Notes under the pieces: model-generated | What the model was told of the DNA's origin: nothing | What the model saw: the letters and a program-made list of their open reading frames with translations, nothing else | Database searches by the model: none | Program-made: the position numbers and the translations under genes | Sequence record: OZ336095.1 | Direction: 5' to 3' (one strand) | Source: a phage | DNA: 64,000 bases | Shown: piece by piece, positions 27,287 through 36,771 of the stretch | Layout of the letters: each line of letters opens with the position of its first letter | Numbering within the stretch: position 1 is the stretch's first letter

Positions 27287-27350
27287 GCACTTTACCAAAC
27301 CTCACCCTACCCTACCAGACCTTACCTAACCGCGCCGTACCTCATTAAAA
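27287..27350. repeat. C-rich decamer-phased tract (region A, right)
   Basis: 10-nt units with recurring TACC/CACC; same strand asymmetry. Confidence 0.5.
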
Positions 27351-27370
27351 GACCCTCTTAAAGACCTTTT

Positions 27371-27396
27371 AAAAAGGAGCCTCCGAAGAGGCTACC
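27371..27396 (-). terminator. intrinsic terminator for - strand gene 27405-27845
   Basis: on - strand GGTAGCCTC ttcg GAGGCTCC followed by TTTTT. Confidence 0.6.
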
Positions 27397-27404
27397 TAGT
27401 CAAC

Positions 27405-27845
27405 TTAGAAAGGTTTTCTACGTTGCTTGTTAATGTTAGCTTTCATAGCAGCTAAATGGTTTTGCTGTTCAATCAGTCGTGAGCGTTCTTGATGGCTAAG
27501 TGCCATAGTGTTCACATTCTCAATCGCTTGAGTGGCTTGCTTTAAAGCACGACCAATCTTACCAGACATTTTACGTTTTGCAATAGTTGCTTGATGTTTA
27601 GGTTCAACCACACGATAGCCAACACCCATTGAAGCAACCAGATAAATCTTCTCTTCTTTAAGAAGCTTTTCAATAAACTTCTCAAGTCGGTTTAGTCGTG
27701 TAAGTGCATAAGCCTTCATTTCATCTTCGTACTTAACAATGTCACCTTGATAAGTTGGCTTCACAATACCTAAGAAGGTGTCCATCTCAGAATGTGATAC
27801 AGTGTCACCGTAACTGAACTTTGCTGCTAATGCTTTTGTATTCAT
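27405..27845 (-). CDS. hypothetical protein (cassette gene 2)
   Basis: 146-aa ORF with basic C-terminal third; own terminator downstream. Confidence 0.4.
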   Translation of the reverse strand: MNTKALAAKFSYGDTVSHSEMDTFLGIVKPTYQGDIVKYEDEMKAYALTRLNRLEKFIEKLLKEEKIYLVASMGVGYRVVEPKHQATIAKRKMSGKIGRALKQATQAIENVNTMALSHQERSRLIEQQNHLAAMKANINKQRRKPF

Positions 27846-27847
27846 AA

Positions 27848-28453
<606 letters not shown>

Positions 28454-28530
28454 TTAGTTTATTGTTAAGTTGTTTGTAAAGAACCCTCAACAGAAGACTC
28501 TTTAGAAACTTGGTAGATTTTTAACGTGGC

Positions 28531-28600
28531 TACTACCATCCACCCACACTTTACCATACCTCACCGCGCCTTACCCGACCGGGCTGCACCTTGCCTTGCC
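28531..28600. repeat. C-rich decamer-phased tract (region B, left)
   Basis: 10-nt units each ending in CC (tactaccatc cacccacact ttaccatacc ...). Confidence 0.5.
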
Positions 28601-28603
28601 AAA

Positions 28604-28699
28604 CATCACTTAAAAACCCTATGAGATAACCTATCGAGTATAATTTAAAGGCTCTTAAGTGATGCAATCGAATTTTAATGTAGCTCCGATTAACTACCC
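28604..28699. repeat. conserved dual-hairpin module, copy 2 (enlarged loop)
   Basis: same CATCACTTAA / TTAAGTGATG arms but 41-nt loop containing TATAAT, then CAATCGAATTTTAATGTAGCTCCGATTAACTACCC matching copy 1. Confidence 0.6.
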
Positions 28700-28777
28700 A
28701 TACCCTACTTTGCCTTGCCGTACTGTACTTTACCCGACCATACCGGACAATACTTAACCCGACCTCGCCCTACCGGA
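28700..28777. repeat. C-rich decamer-phased tract (region B, right)
   Basis: TACC recurs at the start of most 10-nt units (taccctactt ... tacccgacca taccggacaa ...). Confidence 0.5.
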
Positions 28778-28817
28778 CATCACTTAAAAACCCTCTTAGA
28801 AAGACTCTTAAGTGATG
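28778..28817. repeat. third copy of the CATCACTTAA-N20-TTAAGTGATG palindrome
   Basis: sequence almost identical to 27213-27251 (loop CCTCTTAGAAAGACTC). Confidence 0.6.
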
Positions 28818-28847
28818 CTGGTGAGTACCCGTTGGTTTATGCTGCTC

Positions 28848-28875
28848 AGTATACTCACCAAATTTTCTATGTCAA
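28848..28875 (-). promoter_or_regulatory. sigma70-like promoter on - strand (TTGACA-N16-TATACT)
   Basis: hexamers read on reverse complement; AT-rich upstream; -10 lies inside inverted repeat GGTGAGTA...TACTCACC (28820-28858). Confidence 0.45.
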
Positions 28876-29032
28876 CAACTTTTTATAAAAAAGTTCTGAT
28901 AGCTATATGTGTCACGAAACAAAAGATTGTAAACAAGACACCCATTGCAAAAGATGTGTCCAAAAGCTTACTTGCAACGTATGACAATACAAAGACAACC
29001 AGTATAAACAGAATGACTGTACTGAACATAGT

Positions 29033-30133
29033 TTATTCATAATCCCTAATAACTATCCCTACAGGAAACTGTAAAGAACCCTTACGAGTCATCTTCTGGA
29101 ACTGAACAGTTAAAGGTTTCCCGATAAACTCTTCAGGATGTTCAGCAAGATACTGTTTCTTCTCATGAGTAGTCTTCCATGAGACATCTACAAAGACATT
29201 AGGAAGAGTCTCTACAACGAACTTGCCATGACCACGTTTATCGGTCTTTACACCAGTCACTTTAAACTCTTCAGTGTGCATCTTCTTGTGCTTAATCAAG
29301 AAGTATGAACGGTGACCACACTCGTAGAAAGATTCTTCAGAGATTGAGCGGTACATTGCACCTTCAAACTTAGCTTCAACCCACTTATCATGAGCTTCAT
29401 CAAACTCTTCCCAAGAATTTACACGGATAGTCTGCACAGGAACAACTCTACAGGTATCCCCAAGCTCAACAATGGGTGAGTTATCAATAACTTCACGACG
29501 CTCAGGCCAAGATTTTGAATTGTCACAGATATCATACCAGTAGAATTTAAGAAGGTGACGGTCTGGATTGTCAGCATTCTTAATCATAGATACAATATCT
29601 TCTAAGTCCCAACCATGAGCATAAATCTCTCCATCAAAGTCTTCAACTTGCGGGTGTAATTTAAGCAACAAAAGCAAATCTGGGATTAGTTCTGCTGGAA
29701 CGTTGTAAACAGTATTCTCACGAGAATAAGCCGTGAAACTAACTGAATCATCATCTCTTGAAATTCTACAACGTACACCATCCAGTTTTGGTTGAGCATC
29801 AGCAGGGAACTTCAGATACTTTGCGTGACTAACCTTTGCAGCATCATGAGCAAGCTGTACGCCTACCTTCTCAGTATTCTGTGCAGACTCTTTTGTGTAA
29901 GCATAACCTTTACGGTCAACTTGCTTTTTATACTTAGCAGCAACTTCAAAGAGAGCTTGCTGTTCAGCATTACGCTCATTCTTTTTACCGATGTTCTTAG
30001 GCTCTGCTGTGTACTCTTCAAACATCATCTTGCCATTTTCTTTACCATAGGTTGTGATAACTTTGTCACCTACAGCAACACATGACCAGACGTTGAAGGA
30101 ACCATCTTTATTTTGTTTGTACAGAATTGTCAT
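29033..30133 (-). CDS. ATP-dependent DNA ligase
   Basis: adenylation motif 'KLDGVRC' (KxDGxR); ~366 aa from ATG 30133 with GAGG RBS. Confidence 0.7.
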   Translation of the reverse strand: MTILYKQNKDGSFNVWSCVAVGDKVITTYGKENGKMMFEEYTAEPKNIGKKNERNAEQQALFEVAAKYKKQVDRKGYAYTKESAQNTEKVGVQLAHDAAKVSHAKYLKFPADAQPKLDGVRCRISRDDDSVSFTAYSRENTVYNVPAELIPDLLLLLKLHPQVEDFDGEIYAHGWDLEDIVSMIKNADNPDRHLLKFYWYDICDNSKSWPERREVIDNSPIVELGDTCRVVPVQTIRVNSWEEFDEAHDKWVEAKFEGAMYRSISEESFYECGHRSYFLIKHKKMHTEEFKVTGVKTDKRGHGKFVVETLPNVFVDVSWKTTHEKKQYLAEHPEEFIGKPLTVQFQKMTRKGSLQFPVGIVIRDYE

Positions 30134-30326
30134 TTTTAACCTCTGAGTGATACCAAGTGTTGCAAGCATTACATGCGTAAAGCTCTAAGTCGTTTTTATC
30201 TGGTTTATGGAAACAGTTTGACCCACAACGACACCGGAATAACTTACCATCAACACGAAGAATGAATGTTTCAAGCTCACCATCTTCTGTAAGAACTGCG
30301 TTCTTAAATTTATTATCTTTACCCAT
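30108..30326 (-). CDS. small zinc-finger protein
   Basis: 72 aa with 'CRCGSNC' and 'CNACN' cysteine clusters; RBS GAGAG. Confidence 0.35.
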   Translation of the reverse strand: MGKDNKFKNAVLTEDGELETFILRVDGKLFRCRCGSNCFHKPDKNDLELYACNACNTWYHSEVKNDNSVQTK

Positions 30327-30482
30327 TTGTACTCTCGCCTGTGTCAGATTTTATATAAGACCTCTCACTACGTCTTTTAATGAAATGTACAACGCATTTT
30401 GGTGTATTTTTTACATCTTTAATGTGCAACCTTTCGAAACTGTGTACTGTGAAGATTGCATCTGTCATTGTTTGCTTAGATT

Positions 30483-30788
30483 TCATTTTCTCTTACCACC
30501 AATTTCCACGTCGATAACTTGAACATCACCAGCAACATCAAACTTATGAATGATGCTTTCCACAGTGTAAGTCCAACCATCAATGCGAACAAGCTCACCT
30601 TCTCGTGGAACTATTGGATTGCGTTGAGCTACAGTTGTAGTGGAGTGAACAACATCATAACGATAGATATAGTTTACTAATACTTCCATCGTAAAAACCT
30701 CACTCAATAACCGTGGTATGTGATTGACCATTTTTGCCATAGCTATAAGATGTTGTTGTTTGAGAGTTTGGGCATCTGACAACAACAA
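30483..30788 (-). CDS. hypothetical protein (start uncertain, possibly ATG 30689)
   Basis: track ORF overlaps the upstream lipoprotein gene; internal ATG at 30689 has TGAGGT RBS. Confidence 0.3.
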   Translation of the reverse strand: MLLSDAQTLKQQHLIAMAKMVNHIPRLLSEVFTMEVLVNYIYRYDVVHSTTTVAQRNPIVPREGELVRIDGWTYTVESIIHKFDVAGDVQVIDVEIGGKRK

Positions 30789-30957
30789 TATCTCTGCTTA
30801 TAGCATCACCATTGAGTTTGTAGATTTTGCAGTCTTGCATCTCTGGAGGGAGGCTGTAAGAAGCATCTTTGTTTTCATAAGATGGGTTGCAGCCAGCCAG
30901 AAAAATTACTCCAAGTGCAACCATTGCTTTCACACAACTCTTAACCTTATTGTTCAC
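30700..30957 (-). CDS. small lipoprotein
   Basis: GTG start with GAGAGG RBS; 'KAMVALGVIFLAGC' signal peptide with lipobox; 85 aa. Confidence 0.5.
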   Translation of the reverse strand: MNNKVKSCVKAMVALGVIFLAGCNPSYENKDASYSLPPEMQDCKIYKLNGDAISRDIVVVRCPNSQTTTSYSYGKNGQSHTTVIE

Positions 30958-31089
30958 GATAGTCTACCTCTCTGTATGTTTTTAAATAGTGAGTGATGAG
31001 TTCTGGTAATTCACTACGTTTAACGTTTGAACGAAGAAGTGTCCAGTCAAAACCTTTACCAACCCTTCCCCAGAGACTGTACATCTTCT

Positions 31090-31323
31090 TCATAGCAACT
31101 CCAGAATATCAATACGTTCACCTTTGAGTACTCCAGTACGGTCTTTTGCAATCTTACCGTCAACGATAAGGATGTGTGTAGACCTTAAAGCGTCGTTGTT
31201 AAAGGTTTTTACGAACTTGCTAGGCATGACTACAATGGACATCTCCTGAATTAACTCTGGAGTGTAGCAGTTATCATGAAGTTGCTGAATAACGTCTGCA
31301 AGTGTCATTTTTGATGTCTCCAA
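31090..31323 (-). CDS. hypothetical protein
   Basis: 77-aa ORF in - strand operon. Confidence 0.3.
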   Translation of the reverse strand: METSKMTLADVIQQLHDNCYTPELIQEMSIVVMPSKFVKTFNNDALRSTHILIVDGKIAKDRTGVLKGERIDILELL

Positions 31324-31520
31324 TATTCAATGTCAATAAGCTCTTGTGCAATGCTTTTCAGATTACCTTTCAAGAAAACCTTCTCAGAACCTGAAAGAGA
31401 TGAATTATCAATTAGCCTGTTCATTCTCTCAAACAACTTCTGCTTACGATTCTTGATGGTTTCCTTTGAAGCACCTTTCATCATTGCTGCATGGGTTCTT
31501 CCACGGTGGCTCATAATCAC
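31305..31520 (-). CDS. hypothetical small basic protein
   Basis: 71-aa ORF upstream-adjacent to polymerase gene. Confidence 0.3.
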   Translation of the reverse strand: MIMSHRGRTHAAMMKGASKETIKNRKQKLFERMNRLIDNSSLSGSEKVFLKGNLKSIAQELIDIEYWRHQK

Positions 31521-31575
31521 TCCTATATAAGATATAGTATAAGGTACTCTTCCATGAGCACCTTGTCAATACTAA

Positions 31576-34275
31576 TTAGTGAACCTCAAGCCAGCTTTTA
31601 CCAACCTTACCAGTACCTATAACAAGTGTTTCTTTCTTAAGACCTAAGTTTTTAGAAGCTTGTCCATAATACCAGTCAGTAACTGCTTTCACTTCTGCCG
31701 TCATACTTTCTGGACATTCCCAACTTGTTTCATCGTGATATGCGCAGAGCAAACGAGCACCAATAGCTGGTTGACGACCATTCAACTTCATCAAACCTTC
31801 GTCAATCATACGACGACAAGCAAGGTTAATTGCCTCATTTTGAATCTGAGCCTCTGAACCCATCAAAAGATAGTTCAACAGTTTGTGTGGAGATTTACAC
31901 CACAACCAAGCTCCAGCAACCTTTACAAAACCCCCTTTAGAGATTGCAGCAGTCTTACCAAACACCTCTTCAAGTGCCTTCTTAGTTGCTTTGTAGTCAG
32001 CTTCCAAGTTATCTAGCAACTTCTTAATTTTAGGCAAACGCACAAAGTAAGTCTGTTTAGTTAATGCACCTTCCTGAGTAGTGGCTGCCTTAATAGTTTT
32101 AGCAAACTTTTCATCACCTGCACCGAACAGTAGTGCATAGATACCATTCTTAGCTTTCTTACGACCTTTGCTAATCTCATGAAGAAGATTCTCATCCTGA
32201 GTAGCTCGACAAGTCAAGATATCCTGCTCATCATTCAAGCTAAAGTAAATACTGTTCAGTGTATGTGCATCAGTCCCTGAATAGACAACGTACAGGTCAT
32301 TCTCAGAGTCATAGCGAAGGTACTTATCAATCTCTGGGTTTAGGTACTCATCAAAATGTTTGCAGTAATAGCGTCCATCTTCTTGACGAATAAACTCAAT
32401 CTCTTCTTTACCTTGCGTTACCGCTTTGGTGAAGTCTTTGTCACCCATAAAGTTACAAAGGAGAACTAGCTGAGCTGAGTTCATGTCTACAGAGACAACA
32501 TTAGTACCTTCTTCACAAATCCACACTGCCCTCATTGGTTCCCCATAGACGGCAGCACCAGACGGTACGTTTACAATACCATATTGTGTCATACGTCCAG
32601 TTGAAGTACCAAATACCATTGCACCAGCACTAAGGCGACCATCAGGACGAATCTGGTTCAACCAACCTTTTTCATCATCCTTTGAGTTCTCAATAGTTCT
32701 GCGTCTGTGCATCAAAGTGTAGTACTTAGCAATCTTCTGTCCAAGCTCACCTTCAATCGTATCATAAGATGATTCAGTAAGTTTTGGTGAAGTACGGATT
32801 AAGCAAGGCTCAAGCAAATCTGTGTATTTCTTCACAGACCAGTTATGCTCAATGTACTGTACACCTTCATGCTCAACATAGCTCAAACCACACCGCTCAA
32901 TCATTTCCTGCCACTTAGGATGTTTTGTAATCATCTTTTTATTGTCTTTGAAACGACAAACTTTGACAGGGCGACCATCTGAGTCTTTCTTGTAGTTCCA
33001 GTCATCTGGAATCCAACCAACTGATTTCAAGTAGTCTTTAACAACTGCTACCTGAGTCATACGAGAAACTTCAAACTCAATTGGTGTATATGGTGCATCA
33101 ATCAAACCTGTGTAGCGACTTGACTCAAGTTCAAAGTGGTTAACAACGTGACTGTTATAGTACTTCACAGTTTTGACTGTTTTTACTGGCTTCCAGTCTT
33201 TGCATTTCTTGCCAATCTTTGCATTCAACTCATTGCAAATTGCACGAGCATCCTTCATTGCTACAAAACCTTCCTTGTACTCTTCACCAGTTACAGAGTT
33301 GGTTGGTGTATAGCAATTTCTCTTTTCAATGTTGAAAATCTTTGTAGTTGGCTTACCAAATGGCTTGATTTCATATGTCTGCATCTCACCGTTACGTACC
33401 TGCTGACGATACTTTGTCTTAGGGTACTTGGTAATTCTCTTCAGTCCATCTGCATGACCGAATGTTTCAACATACTCATTCCAAGCTTTTGCAAACTCTT
33501 CTCCAGTGACTTTACCTTTGGTCTTAATAGTTGGAGGTAGATGTGGTTCAACCTCTGAAGCAAGTTCATTAGTCAATTTGTCAAGCTCCTTTACATGGAA
33601 CTCCATAAGCTCCTTATCAGCTTTCCAACCATTGATAGCTTGTTGGCTCATCCAGAAAGATGTCTCTTTAGCTCGCATGTAAGTTTCATAAGTGTCTATA
33701 CCACACTTCTTAAGCTTGAGATACTCGTTATCAAGTGCCCGTTTAGTTTTGGCGTTAATACGGATATCTTCTACAACACGAGTGAAGATTTCTGCATTCC
33801 ATACACCCCAATGCTCAATCTCTGGTTTACGAACACCAACACGAGCACCCCATGCAGCCAAACCATGAGCACCTTTATAACCCTTTGGAGTTGGTCTATC
33901 CATCCACTGAACACGAGACTGAATAAGAGAATCCTGAAAGAAATTACTCCACGGCTTACATTTTGGATTATCAAAGTTCCATAAATCCGGTGCAATGTGA
34001 TTGAAGACCCACCAGTCATAACCGAGGCCGTTATGGATACAAAGTCGTTTTGCCTTTAACGCAAACTCAACACCTTCACGTAAACCACCCTTAATGTACT
34101 TAGTGTACTTGTGACCGAGGATAGGCTCATCTGTAAAGACCCATACAGGTGGCTCTTCATCGTCAGATTTATAGTCTGCAAAGGCCATTACGTGAACTTT
34201 AGTGAACTCAAGGAGTAAACCATCAGTTTCTGTATCACCAACCAAATGTAAGTTTTTAAAATCTACGTTTTCCAT
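31576..34275 (-). CDS. DNA polymerase, family A, with 3'-5' exonuclease domain
   Basis: Exo motif 'VGDTETDGL'; polymerase motifs 'DMNSAQLVLL', 'KNGIYALLFGAGDEK', 'YHDETSWEC'; start taken at ATG 34275 with AGGGAG RBS (track start 34305). Confidence 0.85.
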   Translation of the reverse strand: MENVDFKNLHLVGDTETDGLLLEFTKVHVMAFADYKSDDEEPPVWVFTDEPILGHKYTKYIKGGLREGVEFALKAKRLCIHNGLGYDWWVFNHIAPDLWNFDNPKCKPWSNFFQDSLIQSRVQWMDRPTPKGYKGAHGLAAWGARVGVRKPEIEHWGVWNAEIFTRVVEDIRINAKTKRALDNEYLKLKKCGIDTYETYMRAKETSFWMSQQAINGWKADKELMEFHVKELDKLTNELASEVEPHLPPTIKTKGKVTGEEFAKAWNEYVETFGHADGLKRITKYPKTKYRQQVRNGEMQTYEIKPFGKPTTKIFNIEKRNCYTPTNSVTGEEYKEGFVAMKDARAICNELNAKIGKKCKDWKPVKTVKTVKYYNSHVVNHFELESSRYTGLIDAPYTPIEFEVSRMTQVAVVKDYLKSVGWIPDDWNYKKDSDGRPVKVCRFKDNKKMITKHPKWQEMIERCGLSYVEHEGVQYIEHNWSVKKYTDLLEPCLIRTSPKLTESSYDTIEGELGQKIAKYYTLMHRRRTIENSKDDEKGWLNQIRPDGRLSAGAMVFGTSTGRMTQYGIVNVPSGAAVYGEPMRAVWICEEGTNVVSVDMNSAQLVLLCNFMGDKDFTKAVTQGKEEIEFIRQEDGRYYCKHFDEYLNPEIDKYLRYDSENDLYVVYSGTDAHTLNSIYFSLNDEQDILTCRATQDENLLHEISKGRKKAKNGIYALLFGAGDEKFAKTIKAATTQEGALTKQTYFVRLPKIKKLLDNLEADYKATKKALEEVFGKTAAISKGGFVKVAGAWLWCKSPHKLLNYLLMGSEAQIQNEAINLACRRMIDEGLMKLNGRQPAIGARLLCAYHDETSWECPESMTAEVKAVTDWYYGQASKNLGLKKETLVIGTGKVGKSWLEVH

Positions 34276-34305
34276 TTTTACTCCCTCTAAAATCATTAAC
34301 CCCAT

Positions 34306-34532
34306 ACATTACTGCAAAAAATTATAAAAAGCAAGTTGACAATACACTTGACAAGGTGTTAATCTTTGCGAAGTGGGTTTTTACTTAAAAGGTTACTTAA
34401 CAGTTTAACTATACAGATACTTTAAAACTCTTAAAAGATTATTTAATAGCTTTTAAAAAGCTTTAAAGTATAACGTATAGAATACGTTAAGATAAAAGAT
34501 TAAAACTTAATAGTTACTTAAAAGAGGCTTAC
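34306..34532. promoter_or_regulatory. divergent AT-rich control region between polymerase gene and + strand early block
   Basis: two TTGACA hexamers (TTGACAATACACTTGACAAGG), a TATAAT on the - strand, AT-rich tract with repeated ACTTAA/TTAAAAG. Confidence 0.35.
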
Positions 34533-34955
34533 ATGCAGAAAATGTTTGTTCACCCAGACATAGCTGACTTTGTTAGAGCTTTGCAGAAGTTGGAAGAACT
34601 TGACATTGCTGCTCAACGGGAATATGCTCACCATCACAGGAGAATGGTTGATATACAACATGAAATAGAGTTGTCTGAAAACTATGAAGATGACTTAAAA
34701 TGCTCTGTATTTGAGCATATGAAAGATGTTGCTACAGCGAGACGTAAAGCTAAAGACACAGTTGCTTTACTAGATTCTCTTAAAAAGATGTTGCAAAGTG
34801 GTACAGACCTGTGTAATCTAGCGTCACTGATTAACGATGTTGAAACTTCTTGGGATAGGCACTATTATCCACGTTCTGAAAAGACACTTGACTTTTCTTC
34901 ATCTGAAAACTTAAAATGTTCTAGAAAGAAACTTAACCAACTGAGAGAGAAATAA
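34533..34955 (+). CDS. hypothetical protein
   Basis: 140-aa ORF, first gene of + strand block. Confidence 0.4.
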   Translation: MQKMFVHPDIADFVRALQKLEELDIAAQREYAHHHRRMVDIQHEIELSENYEDDLKCSVFEHMKDVATARRKAKDTVALLDSLKKMLQSGTDLCNLASLINDVETSWDRHYYPRSEKTLDFSSSENLKCSRKKLNQLREK

Positions 34956-34956
34956 T

Positions 34957-35757
34957 ATGAATATCGATGTAGAAAAGATGCTTGAAGAAAAAGGTATTGA
35001 CGAAGCATTTTTAATCAATGCCGTAGAAAGCATGGCTATGATTCTTCGTGGGAACAACTACACAGAACAGTTTATGCCTGCAAGCTATAACTTGCCTGAA
35101 GACAAGTCTGATAACGGTGCTTTTGCAGAACAGGTTAACATGATGCTTTGCGACAAAACACTCGCTCTGGCATCTATTGCGGTTGGTGTTGATGCTCTTG
35201 CAGAGTTTATTTTTTATGAGATGCAGAGAAATGACTATATCAGGATGTCAGACGAAGATAAGGAACTGTTGCTGACTAAGGACACTGATTTCATTATTGA
35301 TACACTTATCTCATCAACAAGTGCTGTTATGGCTGTTCTTGAGAAGCGTATGGAAGAGAAACTTTCACGATATGAAAAACTTGATTGGGGCGTAGAAGAA
35401 TTAAGCCCACGAATCAAAGAGATTATCCAGCAAACTAAAGAGTCTTTGGAAGAAGCTGTTGAAAATGACTCTGTAGCTGATATAGAACCACTTCAGGTGA
35501 AAGTTGCACTGATGATTCCAGCTATCTCTACGATGATGAATATCGTTGCACTAATCCAACTTTCACAGATGATGGGTGTGAGTATTGAGTTCATTGAAGA
35601 GATGACTGGTGGCGTCAGTATGCAAGCAATCAATGATGTTTTGGTGAACATTGGTGCTTCCATCATTGAAGAGAAACTACGCATTAACTTCGGTGATGAT
35701 TTTGTGAAGCAACTCTCAGCTATGGCTGAAAAAGAGTCTGCTGAGCAACTTCACTAA
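34957..35757 (+). CDS. hypothetical acidic protein
   Basis: 266-aa ORF, Glu/Asp-rich; RBS GAGAGAGA. Confidence 0.4.
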   Translation: MNIDVEKMLEEKGIDEAFLINAVESMAMILRGNNYTEQFMPASYNLPEDKSDNGAFAEQVNMMLCDKTLALASIAVGVDALAEFIFYEMQRNDYIRMSDEDKELLLTKDTDFIIDTLISSTSAVMAVLEKRMEEKLSRYEKLDWGVEELSPRIKEIIQQTKESLEEAVENDSVADIEPLQVKVALMIPAISTMMNIVALIQLSQMMGVSIEFIEEMTGGVSMQAINDVLVNIGASIIEEKLRINFGDDFVKQLSAMAEKESAEQLH

Positions 35758-35774
35758 GTCTTTATAAATCTTAC

Positions 35775-35799
35775 AAGCCTCCTTAGTTGGGGGCTTTTT
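35775..35799 (+). terminator. intrinsic terminator
   Basis: AAGCCTCC ttagtt GGGGGCTT followed by TTT. Confidence 0.5.
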
Positions 35800-35818
35800 A
35801 GTAATTAATGGAGATAAA

Positions 35819-36562
35819 ATGAGTAATATTATAGCATTTACTGGAAAGGCACGTTCTGGAAAAGACACCTCATGTTCTATTGTGAAGAACATCTTAGAGG
35901 ATGAGCACGGCTACAATGTTGAAGTAATGGCCTTTGCAGACAACCTTAAACTATCTGCATCAAAGATATTTGACTTGACTTGGAATGACCTGTACGGTGA
36001 AACTAAAGAGACTCCACAGGTTTTTGACTTATCATATCCTGAACTGATGTTCAAAGTTACGGAAGCTATGGAGTTCACCTTCAGAGATGAACGTTACCAT
36101 ATGGACTACAAGCTTATGTCAGAGTTAACCGGACGATTAATCATGGAGCTTAAGAAGGTTGCTAAACCGACTCTATTGACACGTCTGGGGTTTAGCAAAA
36201 AGTATAAATTCTCATCAAGACAAATTCAACAGATTTGGGGTACTGAAGTTATCCGTAAAGTTATGGGCGACAAGTTCTGGTCTAAAGACCTTGAAAAAAG
36301 AATGGTTAGATTCTATGAAATGTGCTCACTTAGAAATCAATATGGTTTTGTCTTAATCAGTGATTTAAGATTTGACTCTGAAGCTGAATGGCTGAGTAGA
36401 TTTGCACACCAAACTATTGAAGTAAAAAGAGACAATGTGGACAAAGTTTCATCACATGTTTCAGAAAATGGGATTTCTACAAAATATGAGCGTGACATTA
36501 TTCATAATAATGGTACTCTTGCAGACCTTGAGAACAAGCTAAGAGCCATCATTAAAGTTTAA
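35819..36562 (+). CDS. deoxynucleoside monophosphate kinase (T4 gp1-like)
   Basis: N-terminal P-loop 'IAFTGKARSGKDT' resembling T4 dNMP kinase; 247 aa. Confidence 0.65.
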   Translation: MSNIIAFTGKARSGKDTSCSIVKNILEDEHGYNVEVMAFADNLKLSASKIFDLTWNDLYGETKETPQVFDLSYPELMFKVTEAMEFTFRDERYHMDYKLMSELTGRLIMELKKVAKPTLLTRLGFSKKYKFSSRQIQQIWGTEVIRKVMGDKFWSKDLEKRMVRFYEMCSLRNQYGFVLISDLRFDSEAEWLSRFAHQTIEVKRDNVDKVSSHVSENGISTKYERDIIHNNGTLADLENKLRAIIKV

Positions 36563-36570
36563 AAGAGAGA

Positions 36571-36771
36571 ATGAAGATGAGAGTAAAAGACAATTTTAAA
36601 GTTATTGACCACCGTTTAGTGGAACTCTCATCTCTTTCCAATGAGGTAATGATTGAACGTCTTAAGAGAGTTGAATCACGAAGGAAAGAGATTGCAGATG
36701 AAATTCATGAACTGGACAAGATTGAAAATGGATTGAAGGCAGAACTACAACGAAGAGGTGCTAATGTCTAA
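36571..36771 (+). CDS. hypothetical small coiled-coil protein
   Basis: 66-aa ORF overlapping primase start. Confidence 0.3.
   Translation: MKMRVKDNFKVIDHRLVELSSLSNEVMIERLKRVESRRKEIADEIHELDKIENGLKAELQRRGANV

Noticed and set aside
28812-29042. 76-aa + strand ORF between region B and the ligase gene
   Set aside because: It starts at GTG inside the palindrome, overlaps the - strand promoter and converges into the ligase 3' end. No RBS was found. Probably non-coding, though a small membrane peptide cannot be excluded.
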